NCBI RefSeq assembly: GCF_000223395.1
Contig: NC_015931.1
Coordinates: 1,170,001-1,202,000, forward strand
Reading direction: 5' to 3'
Length of the DNA stretch: 32,000 nucleotides
Source of the DNA: Pyrolobus fumarii 1A
GTDB taxonomy: Archaea > Thermoproteota > Thermoprotei_A > Sulfolobales > Pyrodictiaceae
Shown: positions 15,754 through 23,771 of the stretch, in pieces
How positions within the stretch are numbered: the first letter of the stretch is position 1
How the letters are laid out: each line of letters starts with the position of its first letter
Notes under the pieces: generated by a model
Databases searched by the model: none
The model's input: the letters and a program-made list of their open reading frames with translations, nothing else
What the model was told of the DNA's origin: nothing
Translations under genes and position numbers: made by a program

Positions 15754-16466
15754 AGAGGGTGGGCTACTACCCTGGCTGTGCGGTCAAGAGCTTCACGCCA
15801 CACATTGTAGGGAGGGTTGAGGAGCTCCTAGGCAGACTTGGCCTCGAGGTGTTCGAGATACGCGACTGGGTTTGCTGTACGGGCGGCGTGGCAGAAGAGG
15901 CAAAGAAGGACTCCATAGAGAGGATCAGCGTCCTTAACGCTCTTCTCGCGAAGAAGCAGGGAGCAGAGATACTAGCCACCTCGTGCTCTATGTGCCTCTC
16001 GACGCTATACCGTGGCTTGCGCCGGGCACCAGCGAGCCTAGTGGAGAGCATAGCATCCAAGCTTAGCGTAGAGCCCAGCCCGCTACCCCGCGTAGTGCAC
16101 ATTGCCGATGTGCTTCTGGAGCACGCCTCGAGACTAGAGCTTGACGTTAGCGGACGTGTCGCCCTATACCCTGGCTGTGGCTACCTAGTGGCTCACGGTG
16201 CACGAGAAGCGCGTAAACGGATCAAGAGGCTAGCAAAGCTGGCGGGGCTCAAGAACTATGGGATTGTCGTGGGGTGCTGCGGGTTTACAATCTATGCTGC
16301 AAGGCCGAGAGAGGCTAGTGTCGTAGCCAAGCGGCTAGAGGAGAAGATGGGAGATGCAGACATGGTTGTGACGCTGTGCCCTCTATGCAAGCTCACACTA
16401 GCGCGGTTCACAGGGCTAAAGACAGTGCTACTCGAAGAGGTTGTCACCAGCGTCTCTCCACGCTAA
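15750..16466 (+). CDS. sdhC: E-type SDH subunit C, HdrB-like with two CCG domains
   Basis: YYPGC...VCCTGG...TSCSMC and LYPGCG...GCCGF...LCPLCK form two CCG-type cysteine motifs. There are no TM helices. 4-nt overlap with sdhB. Confidence 0.75.
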   Translation: MKRVGYYPGCAVKSFTPHIVGRVEELLGRLGLEVFEIRDWVCCTGGVAEEAKKDSIERISVLNALLAKKQGAEILATSCSMCLSTLYRGLRRAPASLVESIASKLSVEPSPLPRVVHIADVLLEHASRLELDVSGRVALYPGCGYLVAHGAREARKRIKRLAKLAGLKNYGIVVGCCGFTIYAARPREASVVAKRLEEKMGDADMVVTLCPLCKLTLARFTGLKTVLLEEVVTSVSPR

Positions 16467-16819
16467 GTGTGCATCGCTATGGGTGCACACCTAGACGCGG
16501 CTTCTTTACACGCGTCCTCGGCCAGCTTGTTAACCTCCTCGAGCACGAGCCCCACGAGAGCAGCATACGTGTACCTGACTCTCTCACGCACGCGCTCGGC
16601 ACTACAGTGGCACGGGTGCTCCCATGCTACAGCATAACGCGTTAGCAGCTTAGAAGCGACGAGCGCGACAATAGCCGCTAGCTCCTCGGGCGTAAACTGC
16701 GATAGATCGATAGACGCGAGCATCTTCGATACTGCCTCGCGCACGCGAGGCTCGTCTAGTCTCGAGCGTATCCTCTCACGCACCTCCTCCATGAGCGATA
16801 CAAGGGTCGTAAAGTCCAT
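16463..16819 (-). CDS. Hypothetical helical protein with an HPCHC motif
   Basis: 118-aa ATG ORF convergent with sdhC. No family recognised. Confidence 0.4.
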   Translation of the reverse strand: MDFTTLVSLMEEVRERIRSRLDEPRVREAVSKMLASIDLSQFTPEELAAIVALVASKLLTRYAVAWEHPCHCSAERVRERVRYTYAALVGLVLEEVNKLAEDACKEAASRCAPIAMHT

Positions 16820-16870
16820 CGGTTCAGTCGCCCCGTCTCACCCCCAGTAAGACTAACTAAGCCTAACCCT

Positions 16871-18004
16871 ATGAAGAGTGGCTTAAACGAAGGTCTTACT
16901 GCTCCTGATGCTGGGGGAGCGTTGTCAGAGTGCAACCTCGTGATCGTGAAGACGGAGCTTGGCGCTGAGCGCATTGCTGCTAGCAGGATACGTGACCTGG
17001 ACCCGCTAGCCAAGGTCGAGGCGGCACCTAGAGGGTTGCGCGGCATGGTTCTTGTGGAGCCGGGGGGCCTCAGCAAGGATGAGCTTGCGAGGCTGATAGA
17101 GGAGCGTGTACCCGAGGCAGGCCGCGTGATACAAGTCGATGCTTGTGTAAAGGCCGAGCTGGATGAGATGGCTCGTGTTGCAGCCGAGCTAGCCAAGACT
17201 AGGATATCGGCGTCGGAGACGTTCGCGGTTAGGACCACTAGGAGGGGGCGTCACCCATACACGAGTATAGACGTCAATGTAGTTGTGGGTGACGCAGTCC
17301 GGAAGGCGACCGGCGCCACTGTTAACCTGACGAGACCAGACAAGGTGGTCCTAGTAGAGATTATCCAGGATGAAGCCCTCATAGCGATAGTCCCGGGCTC
17401 GCTCTTCCACCGTAAGATGGGGCCGGGCAAGTACCCCCTCTACAAGCTATACCGGAAGATATCCCTCGTTCAGATGCCCTACCTAGGCCCTCTCGACGCT
17501 TGCCGCAACATGGGTGTGAGGATAGGCAGAGAGGTTCAGAACTTTGAGGTTGCCGAGCTAGTGATTGCGCCAGACGGGCCGGTTGACGCGCTACAACTCA
17601 AGACGTTCATAGAGGGCGTGTTAGAGGGTATTGAGTCGAGGTACGAGGTTCAGAGGAAGAGTTACGGCAGAGAGGCTCGCCGCGTGCCCGTCCTAGTCCA
17701 GGATATCTATCAGCTTGTTAGGGAGAGGCATGGGCGCGAGCCCATCATAGTATTGGAGCCGGAGGGCGAGCCCGTGACACGAGCCGCGTGGAAGCTATAC
17801 GAGATGTTCCGTAACGCGCGGAGAGTGTCTGTACTCGTGGGGTCGCGGCGCGGGATACCGCTCGGCATCTACCGGTTTGCCGATCTAGTGATAGACATAG
17901 CGCCTGGTATAACACTGTCAACAGATTATGCAGCTGCAGCCGCGTTGATAGCCATAGGCACGGTGGTGCACGATCTATTTGCGCGTGAGAACCAACACTC
18001 TTAA
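16871..18004 (+). CDS. THUMP domain fused to a SPOUT-like (knotted) methyltransferase domain; predicted RNA methyltransferase
   Basis: The THUMP-like core is FAVRTTRRGRHPYTSIDVNVVVGDAVRKATGATVNLTRPDKVVLVEIIQDEALIAI. The C-terminal VSVLVGSRRGIPLGIYRFADLVIDIAPGITLSTDYAAAAALIAI resembles the SPOUT SAM-binding knot. The start may lie downstream (TTG ~16921). Confidence 0.6.
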   Translation: MKSGLNEGLTAPDAGGALSECNLVIVKTELGAERIAASRIRDLDPLAKVEAAPRGLRGMVLVEPGGLSKDELARLIEERVPEAGRVIQVDACVKAELDEMARVAAELAKTRISASETFAVRTTRRGRHPYTSIDVNVVVGDAVRKATGATVNLTRPDKVVLVEIIQDEALIAIVPGSLFHRKMGPGKYPLYKLYRKISLVQMPYLGPLDACRNMGVRIGREVQNFEVAELVIAPDGPVDALQLKTFIEGVLEGIESRYEVQRKSYGREARRVPVLVQDIYQLVRERHGREPIIVLEPEGEPVTRAAWKLYEMFRNARRVSVLVGSRRGIPLGIYRFADLVIDIAPGITLSTDYAAAAALIAIGTVVHDLFARENQHS

Positions 18005-18023
18005 ACTGGGACCCTCTGGGTGA

Positions 18024-18923
18024 TACGCGCGGTGCAGGGTTATTGTCGAAGCCGCGTGGATCGACCCTATCGAGTGCCCCGCCTGTCTCGTAGTAAGCAG
18101 GACGTTCACCCTCCGCAAGGCACGTATAAGCTACGAGAAGTACTCCGAGTTCCTCGCGGCTCTAGCTAGGCTTGTTGCCCAGGGTGGAAGAACGCGCGCT
18201 TTTGTAGAGAGCTTTGTATTGATTTACACGCTAGCTGGTTATAACAATCCCAACCAGGAAGTGAAGGAGAAGATTAACCGTGTGATGATTGAAGCAGCCC
18301 CTCTCCTTCTCGAGAGGCTGCCGAAAAACCCCAGATTAGCTCTTGAAGTCTCAGCGGCAGCTAACGCTGTTGACGTTGAGATGTTGGATTACAGGTTCTC
18401 TGGTTCCCTCCTTGAGGCCCTGAGCGAGAAGCCAGAGTACCGCTACACCAGCGCCGATGAGGTTGACGAGATTCTGTCTAGGGCTAAGCGCATAGCAATA
18501 CTCCTCGATAATGCTGGCGAGGCTGTCGTCGACCTGATTGTTGCAGCTAGGCTGGTTGAACACGGGAAGAGTGTAACATTGTACGCCCGTAGCAAGCCCT
18601 ACGAGACCGACGTTACGGTTGATGAGGTACGCGAGCTGCTTGGCGTACTCGGCTTGCAGCTGGAGGTTCGAGGCTCCGGCACACACTACCCGCCGCATCA
18701 TCCCGCTTCTGAGGTCCGCAACGAGCTCGAGGAATACGACCTAGTGTTGGCAAAGGGCATTGCAAACTTTGAGACATTCCTTGAGGCACCGTTGAAGACT
18801 CAAACATTGTCCCTATTGCGGGCTAAGTGCTCACCACTAGCGAGGTTGTTCAATGTAGAGAAGGGCAAACCCATCATTGTGAACCCTCACCGCGTTCCTC
18901 TGCGACTCGCTGGCCGCGATTGA
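18024..18923 (+). CDS. DUF89 / damage-control phosphatase (ARMT1-like) family protein; start codon unresolved
   Basis: The C-terminal LAKGIANFETF...LLRAKCSPLARLF matches the DUF89 signature (GxxNFE...KC). The frame is open back to 18024 and encodes the family-typical N-terminal IECPACL motif at 18069-18089. The first canonical in-frame start is TTG 18219, which is what the ORF track uses. Confidence 0.75.
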   Translation, partial: YARCRVIVEAAWIDPIECPACLVVSRTFTLRKARISYEKYSEFLAALARLVAQGGRTRAFVESFVLIYTLAGYNNPNQEVKEKINRVMIEAAPLLLERLPKNPRLALEVSAAANAVDVEMLDYRFSGSLLEALSEKPEYRYTSADEVDEILSRAKRIAILLDNAGEAVVDLIVAARLVEHGKSVTLYARSKPYETDVTVDEVRELLGVLGLQLEVRGSGTHYPPHHPASEVRNELEEYDLVLAKGIANFETFLEAPLKTQTLSLLRAKCSPLARLFNVEKGKPIIVNPHRVPLRLAGRD

Positions 18924-19001
18924 CACCCACGTTTTAACAGCGAGTACTGCATCTAATACTGGGGATCAGCCCTGCCAGCTCTATGCCCTGCAGCCGAGAC
19001 C

Positions 19002-19445
19002 TTGGAGAAGATGTTCAGGAGACTCGTAGATGTTCACGGGGTACGAGCCGAGTCTATCGGGAGGGTAAGGGATAAGCTCGAGACACTGCTCTGTAGCCCT
19101 CTCCCCGAGCCCGTTGTAATCGAGCTAGAGCCTATCGAGGCCCTTCTCGAGGCAATGGATAAAGATGAGCTTCTCGACTTCTCCCTTGCTCTGCTCAAGG
19201 CACAAGGGCTGTACATAGAGAGGCCACACATCCAAGTGGCGATAGTAGACTCTGAGACAGTCTACGACGCGACTATAAAGAAGCATGTACAGCAGTACAC
19301 ACTACGCATATACACGGGCGACCTCATAGTGGACCTACACTTCGAGTATAAGATGGGCGAGTCGAAATACACGATATGCTACGAGGTGTGGCAGCGCAAC
19401 CCGCCACCCCAGTCACCGACGCTGCTACACAGCACATGCAAGTAA
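19002..19445 (+). CDS. Hypothetical protein
   Basis: 147-aa ORF (TTG 19002 or ATG 19011). No motif recognised. Confidence 0.4.
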   Translation: MEKMFRRLVDVHGVRAESIGRVRDKLETLLCSPLPEPVVIELEPIEALLEAMDKDELLDFSLALLKAQGLYIERPHIQVAIVDSETVYDATIKKHVQQYTLRIYTGDLIVDLHFEYKMGESKYTICYEVWQRNPPPQSPTLLHSTCK

Positions 19446-19568
19446 GCCCCGCACGATACAAAACCGGCACAGTAGCGGCTGATCCTTAGGGGCCGTGAAG
19501 AGGGGTCACGGGACCGAGCGGCACCGCGGCGCGATGAGGCTTACTGGTCCGGCAGGGATGCGGAGCCC

Positions 19569-19952
19569 CTACCTCACAATCACGACCGTTGCTGGCGCGA
19601 AAGCAGCTACCCACAGAGCCGAGGAGCCTATACTGACATCCTCTCTGCCGGTTACACCCTTAGCACCAACAACTATCACGTTAAAGCCCCTTTTCTCCGC
19701 CTCCTCGACTATCACGCTAGCCGGACTAGCAGCCGTTGGGACATACTTGCGGATCAACAGCTGTGCATCTACACCCTCCTCGTCTAGAATCCTCCTGACC
19801 TTTTCGACCAGTTGCTCCTCTGGATAGTCAGGTGGCAGGACTAGCAACACGGCTAGGCTCGCGTTGAGGCCGCGCGCCATCCTAGCAGCGAAGCGGAGCG
19901 CGTGTTCCGCGTGGATACTCTGGTCTACTGCGGCTAGGATGCGGAGCGTCAA
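19569..19952 (-). CDS. Universal stress protein (UspA family)
   Basis: ILAAVDQSIHAEHALRFA at the N-terminus and VIVVGAKGVTG...GSSALWVAAFAPATVVIVR at the C-terminus (G-x2-G-x9-GS ATP motif). Confidence 0.8.
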   Translation of the reverse strand: MTLRILAAVDQSIHAEHALRFAARMARGLNASLAVLLVLPPDYPEEQLVEKVRRILDEEGVDAQLLIRKYVPTAASPASVIVEEAEKRGFNVIVVGAKGVTGREDVSIGSSALWVAAFAPATVVIVR

Positions 19953-19994
19953 CCTACCCCCATGGCTCAGGATGTGTAGTGTGGGGAAAATAGG

Positions 19995-21023
19995 CTAGAG
20001 GAACTTCTTCAGCCCGAGTGTCTCGTCTGTCACACGTATAGTGTCCTCCGCCTTCTTGGCCAGCTTGAATATGGCGCGTATCGCGTCTATGTTCTCTGGC
20101 ACTACTATCGACTCCTGGTGGACAGCCTGGATCCATACTATCTCGTCGCCGTTTACCGTTATGCTCTCGCGCCATATCACGAGCTCGGGTATGTCGTACC
20201 TCCTCCTGCCGAGGTCCCTGGCGAGCTCCACTAGGTCGGCAGTGGACTTTAGCCCTAGGCTAGCGTCAACTAGGATTATGCGTGGCGCTTCCTCAAACAC
20301 TCTTATGACCTCCTCGCGTGTCGCGCTGCGCGCGAGCTTCGCGTATACGACATGGACGTGCATGAGCGTGGTTGGCACGACCACGGCCGCGGTCATTATG
20401 TCTAGATCCGGCACCACGGTCTTCACGTCAACGCCGTGGTGGCTTGGCAGCTTTGCCGGGTCGGGTACGATTGCGTTCACCGGGCCCCTCTTCACCTCCT
20501 TGGGGTCAGCAGCCCTCCTCACTATGGTTGCCCTCACCCACTTCAAGCCGAAAGCCTTGCGAAGCGTGCATAGTGCGCGTAGTAGGCCGGTAGTGTTGCA
20601 CGAGACTACGCGTATGTACCTCTTGCCTAGAGCCTCCTCGTAGTTACAGAGCGTCGAGAAGGAGATGTCGGCCACGTCTGCCTTCTCGCCGCCCTGGAAG
20701 ATGGCTGGCTTCCCCTTCTCGACGTAGAGCTTCTTGTACTCTGCGCCCTTACCGCCAGGAGTCGCATCGACGATGACATCCGCCTTCTCTATCATCTCCT
20801 CTATCGTCCCAGCCACCTTTATCCCGGCCTTCTCGAACTCCTCTATCTTGTCGGCTGGCACGTACAGGTTGTACCCGAGGATGCGCGTGGCTACGACGGC
20901 CGAGTAGTCGGGCCTCGTCTTCGAGACGCCGATGAGCCTCATGTCTGGTTGTCTCGTTACAGCCTCTGCAACACGCTTACCAATAGTACCGAAGCCGTTG
21001 ATAGCCACGTTTACAACGGTCAT
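19995..21023 (-). CDS. gap: Glyceraldehyde-3-phosphate dehydrogenase, archaeal type
   Basis: VAINGFGTIGKRVAEAV NAD(P)-binding N-terminus and the VVSCNTTGL catalytic Cys motif. 342 aa. Confidence 0.95.
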   Translation of the reverse strand: MTVVNVAINGFGTIGKRVAEAVTRQPDMRLIGVSKTRPDYSAVVATRILGYNLYVPADKIEEFEKAGIKVAGTIEEMIEKADVIVDATPGGKGAEYKKLYVEKGKPAIFQGGEKADVADISFSTLCNYEEALGKRYIRVVSCNTTGLLRALCTLRKAFGLKWVRATIVRRAADPKEVKRGPVNAIVPDPAKLPSHHGVDVKTVVPDLDIMTAAVVVPTTLMHVHVVYAKLARSATREEVIRVFEEAPRIILVDASLGLKSTADLVELARDLGRRRYDIPELVIWRESITVNGDEIVWIQAVHQESIVVPENIDAIRAIFKLAKKAEDTIRVTDETLGLKKFL

Positions 21024-21027
21024 GGCT

Positions 21028-22299
21028 TCACCACCCGTAGAACTTCGCCGCGGAGAGCTTTAGCGCTTCTATTCCGGGGAGGGGCTTCCCGCTGAGGTAT
21101 AGCAGGAGCGCACCGCCACCACTACTGATGTGGTAGCGGGCAGCTGGTATACCCTCACTTCTTATCACGCGCCTGGCGACGCTAGCTAGGTGCCCACCGC
21201 CGAATATCACGTATGCACCGCTCTTCAGCGCGTACTCGACCAGCTCTTCGGTACCCGCCCTGAACCTCTCATCCTCCATCACGCCCATTGGGCCCCTCAT
21301 CACGATAAGCTTGGCGCCCTCCATGCGCTCCTGGTAGAGCTTGACTGTCTCGGGGCCTATGTCCCTGATATAACCGCGTATAGGCTCGCCAACGTTGACC
21401 GTCTCGACTTCACCATCAATCTCGACCTTGAAGTCAACAGGAGTCACTATGACGTCCTTGTGAGCCTCTATTAGGCGCCGGGCCTTCTCGATAACAAGCT
21501 CGTTGACACCGGCGGATTTCAAGACCTCTACGTTCTTCTCGCCTATGTCGACGCCCTTCGCGTGTAAGAGGAGCGTTGCGAGCAACCCGCCAGTTAGTAT
21601 GTAGTCGGCGACCTTCCTCTCTAGTAGCGCCTCGACAATCTTGACTGAGTCTGTTACCTTGCCGCCGCCTAGTACGAACACTTTTGGCGCGACACTCGGG
21701 TTGAAGATCTTGCTGAGCGCGTCCATCTCACGCTGTACTAGCCGGCCTGCTGCCGACGGGAGTAGCATCGGGAAGCCTACTATGCTGGGCTGGCTGCGGT
21801 GTATGGCAGCAAAAGCGTCGTTGATATAACCGTCGAAGAGGGGAGCTAGCCTCTTAACGAATATTGTCTTCGCGTGTTTCTCTGGTGGCGCTTCGATAAC
21901 CTCCTCGGAGAGGAGCCTCGTGTTATCCAGCATTAGTATGGAGCCTGGCTCTAGCTTCTTAATGGCCTCGCGTGCAGCCGGACCGATAACGTCGTCCACG
22001 AACGCCACGTCAACACCAAGGAGTTTCGATAGTATGCTGGCGTGCTGCTCTAGCGTTATGAAGTCGCTCGAGCCTGGCTTACCCTGGTGCGATATGACGA
22101 CTAGTGCAGCCCCCCTCTCTAGCAGCTCACGTAGCGTTGGAACGTGTGCCTCAATCCTGCTGTAGTCTATGATTTCGCCTGTCTGAGGGTTAACGGGGGA
22201 GTTGAAGTCTACACGTACAAGCAGTTTCTTACCCTTCAAGCCGCCCAGGTGATTCTCGAGATCCTCTATGAGAGGTAGTCTAGCAGCGCCCGAACCCAA
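21028..22299 (-). CDS. pgk: Phosphoglycerate kinase
   Basis: VRVDFNSPV, VISHQGKPG, FVLGGGKV and ISSGGGALL motifs. It ends 4 nt upstream of gap. Confidence 0.95.
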   Translation of the reverse strand: MGSGAARLPLIEDLENHLGGLKGKKLLVRVDFNSPVNPQTGEIIDYSRIEAHVPTLRELLERGAALVVISHQGKPGSSDFITLEQHASILSKLLGVDVAFVDDVIGPAAREAIKKLEPGSILMLDNTRLLSEEVIEAPPEKHAKTIFVKRLAPLFDGYINDAFAAIHRSQPSIVGFPMLLPSAAGRLVQREMDALSKIFNPSVAPKVFVLGGGKVTDSVKIVEALLERKVADYILTGGLLATLLLHAKGVDIGEKNVEVLKSAGVNELVIEKARRLIEAHKDVIVTPVDFKVEIDGEVETVNVGEPIRGYIRDIGPETVKLYQERMEGAKLIVMRGPMGVMEDERFRAGTEELVEYALKSGAYVIFGGGHLASVARRVIRSEGIPAARYHISSGGGALLLYLSGKPLPGIEALKLSAAKFYGW

Positions 22300-22342
22300 T
22301 TACTCCCCCGTGTTCATCGGGAATGCCCCTTCGTGGGAAGGA

Positions 22343-23614
22343 TTAATTGGTATCCGTCGTTGGCTTCGCGAGCATACGGAGGCCAAGGAGCTCCGCTAAT
22401 GCCCCGAGAGTCTCCCTATTGACGTTAAATGCGAGGATGTGCTGAGAACCTGGTATATCCAACACACAACTACACCCCGATAATCTCACGGTGGTTAGTG
22501 GTGTGGCTTCGCTAGACTCTACGCTACACTCACAGACATGTAGCGTAGATATGTCTGGGTCCAGGCGTACAACGTGGACCCTACCACGCCAATCGATTGC
22601 TCCACGTATCACCACGCTATTCTCGCGTGGATGTATTGCCACACTGGCTTCCTTCAAGAGCGAGAGCGGGGGCGTATGTAGGGCGTACACTGCTGTGCCA
22701 TCGTCACGTATGTCTATGGGTTTGCCTATCCCTATGGGGGTTAGTGGCGCTAGTAGCGAGGCTGTTACAGCCGCCGTTACATCACTATCACACGTTAATG
22801 GTATATTGTCATATTCCTGCAGTAGTGTTGATGCGAGGTAGGCGCTAGTGTCTAGCCTGGAGTTTAGCTCGGCACAGTTAACGCTCAGCGCAACTGCATG
22901 GTTGTCACGCGCTATTTTCTTAAGCGCGACGTATAGCCTAGCAGCCTTTACAACCTCTTCCGTGCCAACCTCGAAGCGTATACCTCTAGACTCCAGTTGC
23001 TCGGCTATCTTCTCGGCCTTCTCCCTAGGCACTGCCTCTAGCCTGGCGACAACATCGTTAAGATCCATTTTTAGGATCGTTGAGTTTAGCTTCATACGCA
23101 CCCTGCTCTCATTGACTGCACCGTAGAGGCTCCAAGGTACAACGCTGCCAATGTGTATGTAGGCGGCGCCTTTATGCCTACCAAGTACCTCTGCCGCGAT
23201 CATGTAATTGTCTAGCACGTGTTTATCGCGTGGATATATGATTGGCTTTGAGACACCATAGCCGTCCTTACGGAGGGCCGTATAGGCCTCCAGAACGTCT
23301 GGCAACGCATCGCTAGACTCTAGGCTAACGAGTATGACGGGCCTCTCTGCCCTAACACCAATATTGTATATCAGTCTTGCCGTCCTCCCCGTAACCGCGA
23401 CAATGAGTATAGCAGTATACCTCCTAGCTTCAACTTCGACTATCTCAACGTCGCTCAGACTGGTTACCACTGGCTTGTGTAGCCTCGATGGTAGCGACAC
23501 TCTCTCTGCATACCCTGAGGCTATATTGTCGAGTACCTCGAGGGCTTCACGATAAGCGTTGGTATTGTAATCTGTGTTGGCAACTGCTATTGTGAGTAGC
23601 TGCGTCACTACCAC
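22343..23614 (-). CDS. Hypothetical protein, possibly L-fucose/L-arabinose isomerase-like fold
   Basis: 423 aa. The layout (N-terminal Rossmann-like part, C-terminal beta-rich part ending GSQHILAFNVNRETLGALAELLGL) is reminiscent of FucI/AraA-family proteins. This is a weak by-eye call. Confidence 0.35.
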   Translation of the reverse strand: MVVTQLLTIAVANTDYNTNAYREALEVLDNIASGYAERVSLPSRLHKPVVTSLSDVEIVEVEARRYTAILIVAVTGRTARLIYNIGVRAERPVILVSLESSDALPDVLEAYTALRKDGYGVSKPIIYPRDKHVLDNYMIAAEVLGRHKGAAYIHIGSVVPWSLYGAVNESRVRMKLNSTILKMDLNDVVARLEAVPREKAEKIAEQLESRGIRFEVGTEEVVKAARLYVALKKIARDNHAVALSVNCAELNSRLDTSAYLASTLLQEYDNIPLTCDSDVTAAVTASLLAPLTPIGIGKPIDIRDDGTAVYALHTPPLSLLKEASVAIHPRENSVVIRGAIDWRGRVHVVRLDPDISTLHVCECSVESSEATPLTTVRLSGCSCVLDIPGSQHILAFNVNRETLGALAELLGLRMLAKPTTDTN

Positions 23615-23648
23615 TTACCCGTGCAAAACGTCTATGATACGCGACTAG

Positions 23649-23656
23649 ATTAAAGG
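23649..23656 (+). promoter_or_regulatory. TATA-like box ATTAAAGG, ~35 nt upstream of the sRNA candidate at 23685
   Basis: An A/T-rich octamer in an otherwise GC-rich spacer. The same TTAAAGG heptamer sits at the same distance upstream of the second sRNA candidate. Confidence 0.35.
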
Positions 23657-23684
23657 ATGGGGGCAGTCTTAGCTAGTGGCGCCA

Positions 23685-23751
23685 CGCGGGGGTGACGAAA
23701 TACCCCGGGAACGAACTGATATGTGACGAAGTGGTCCTCTACTGACCCGCG
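23685..23751 (+). ncRNA. C/D box sRNA candidate with variant GUGACGA C and C' boxes
   Basis: The layout is: stem cgcggg (23685-23690), C GTGACGA (23692-23698), 17-nt spacer, D' CTGA (23716-23719), spacer tat, C' GTGACGA (23723-23729), 12-nt guide agtggtcctcta, D CTGA (23742-23745), stem cccgcg (23746-23751). The two stem halves form a perfect 6-bp terminal stem. Confidence 0.5.
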
Positions 23752-23771
23752 GTGGTGTATCTACGCTCGCC

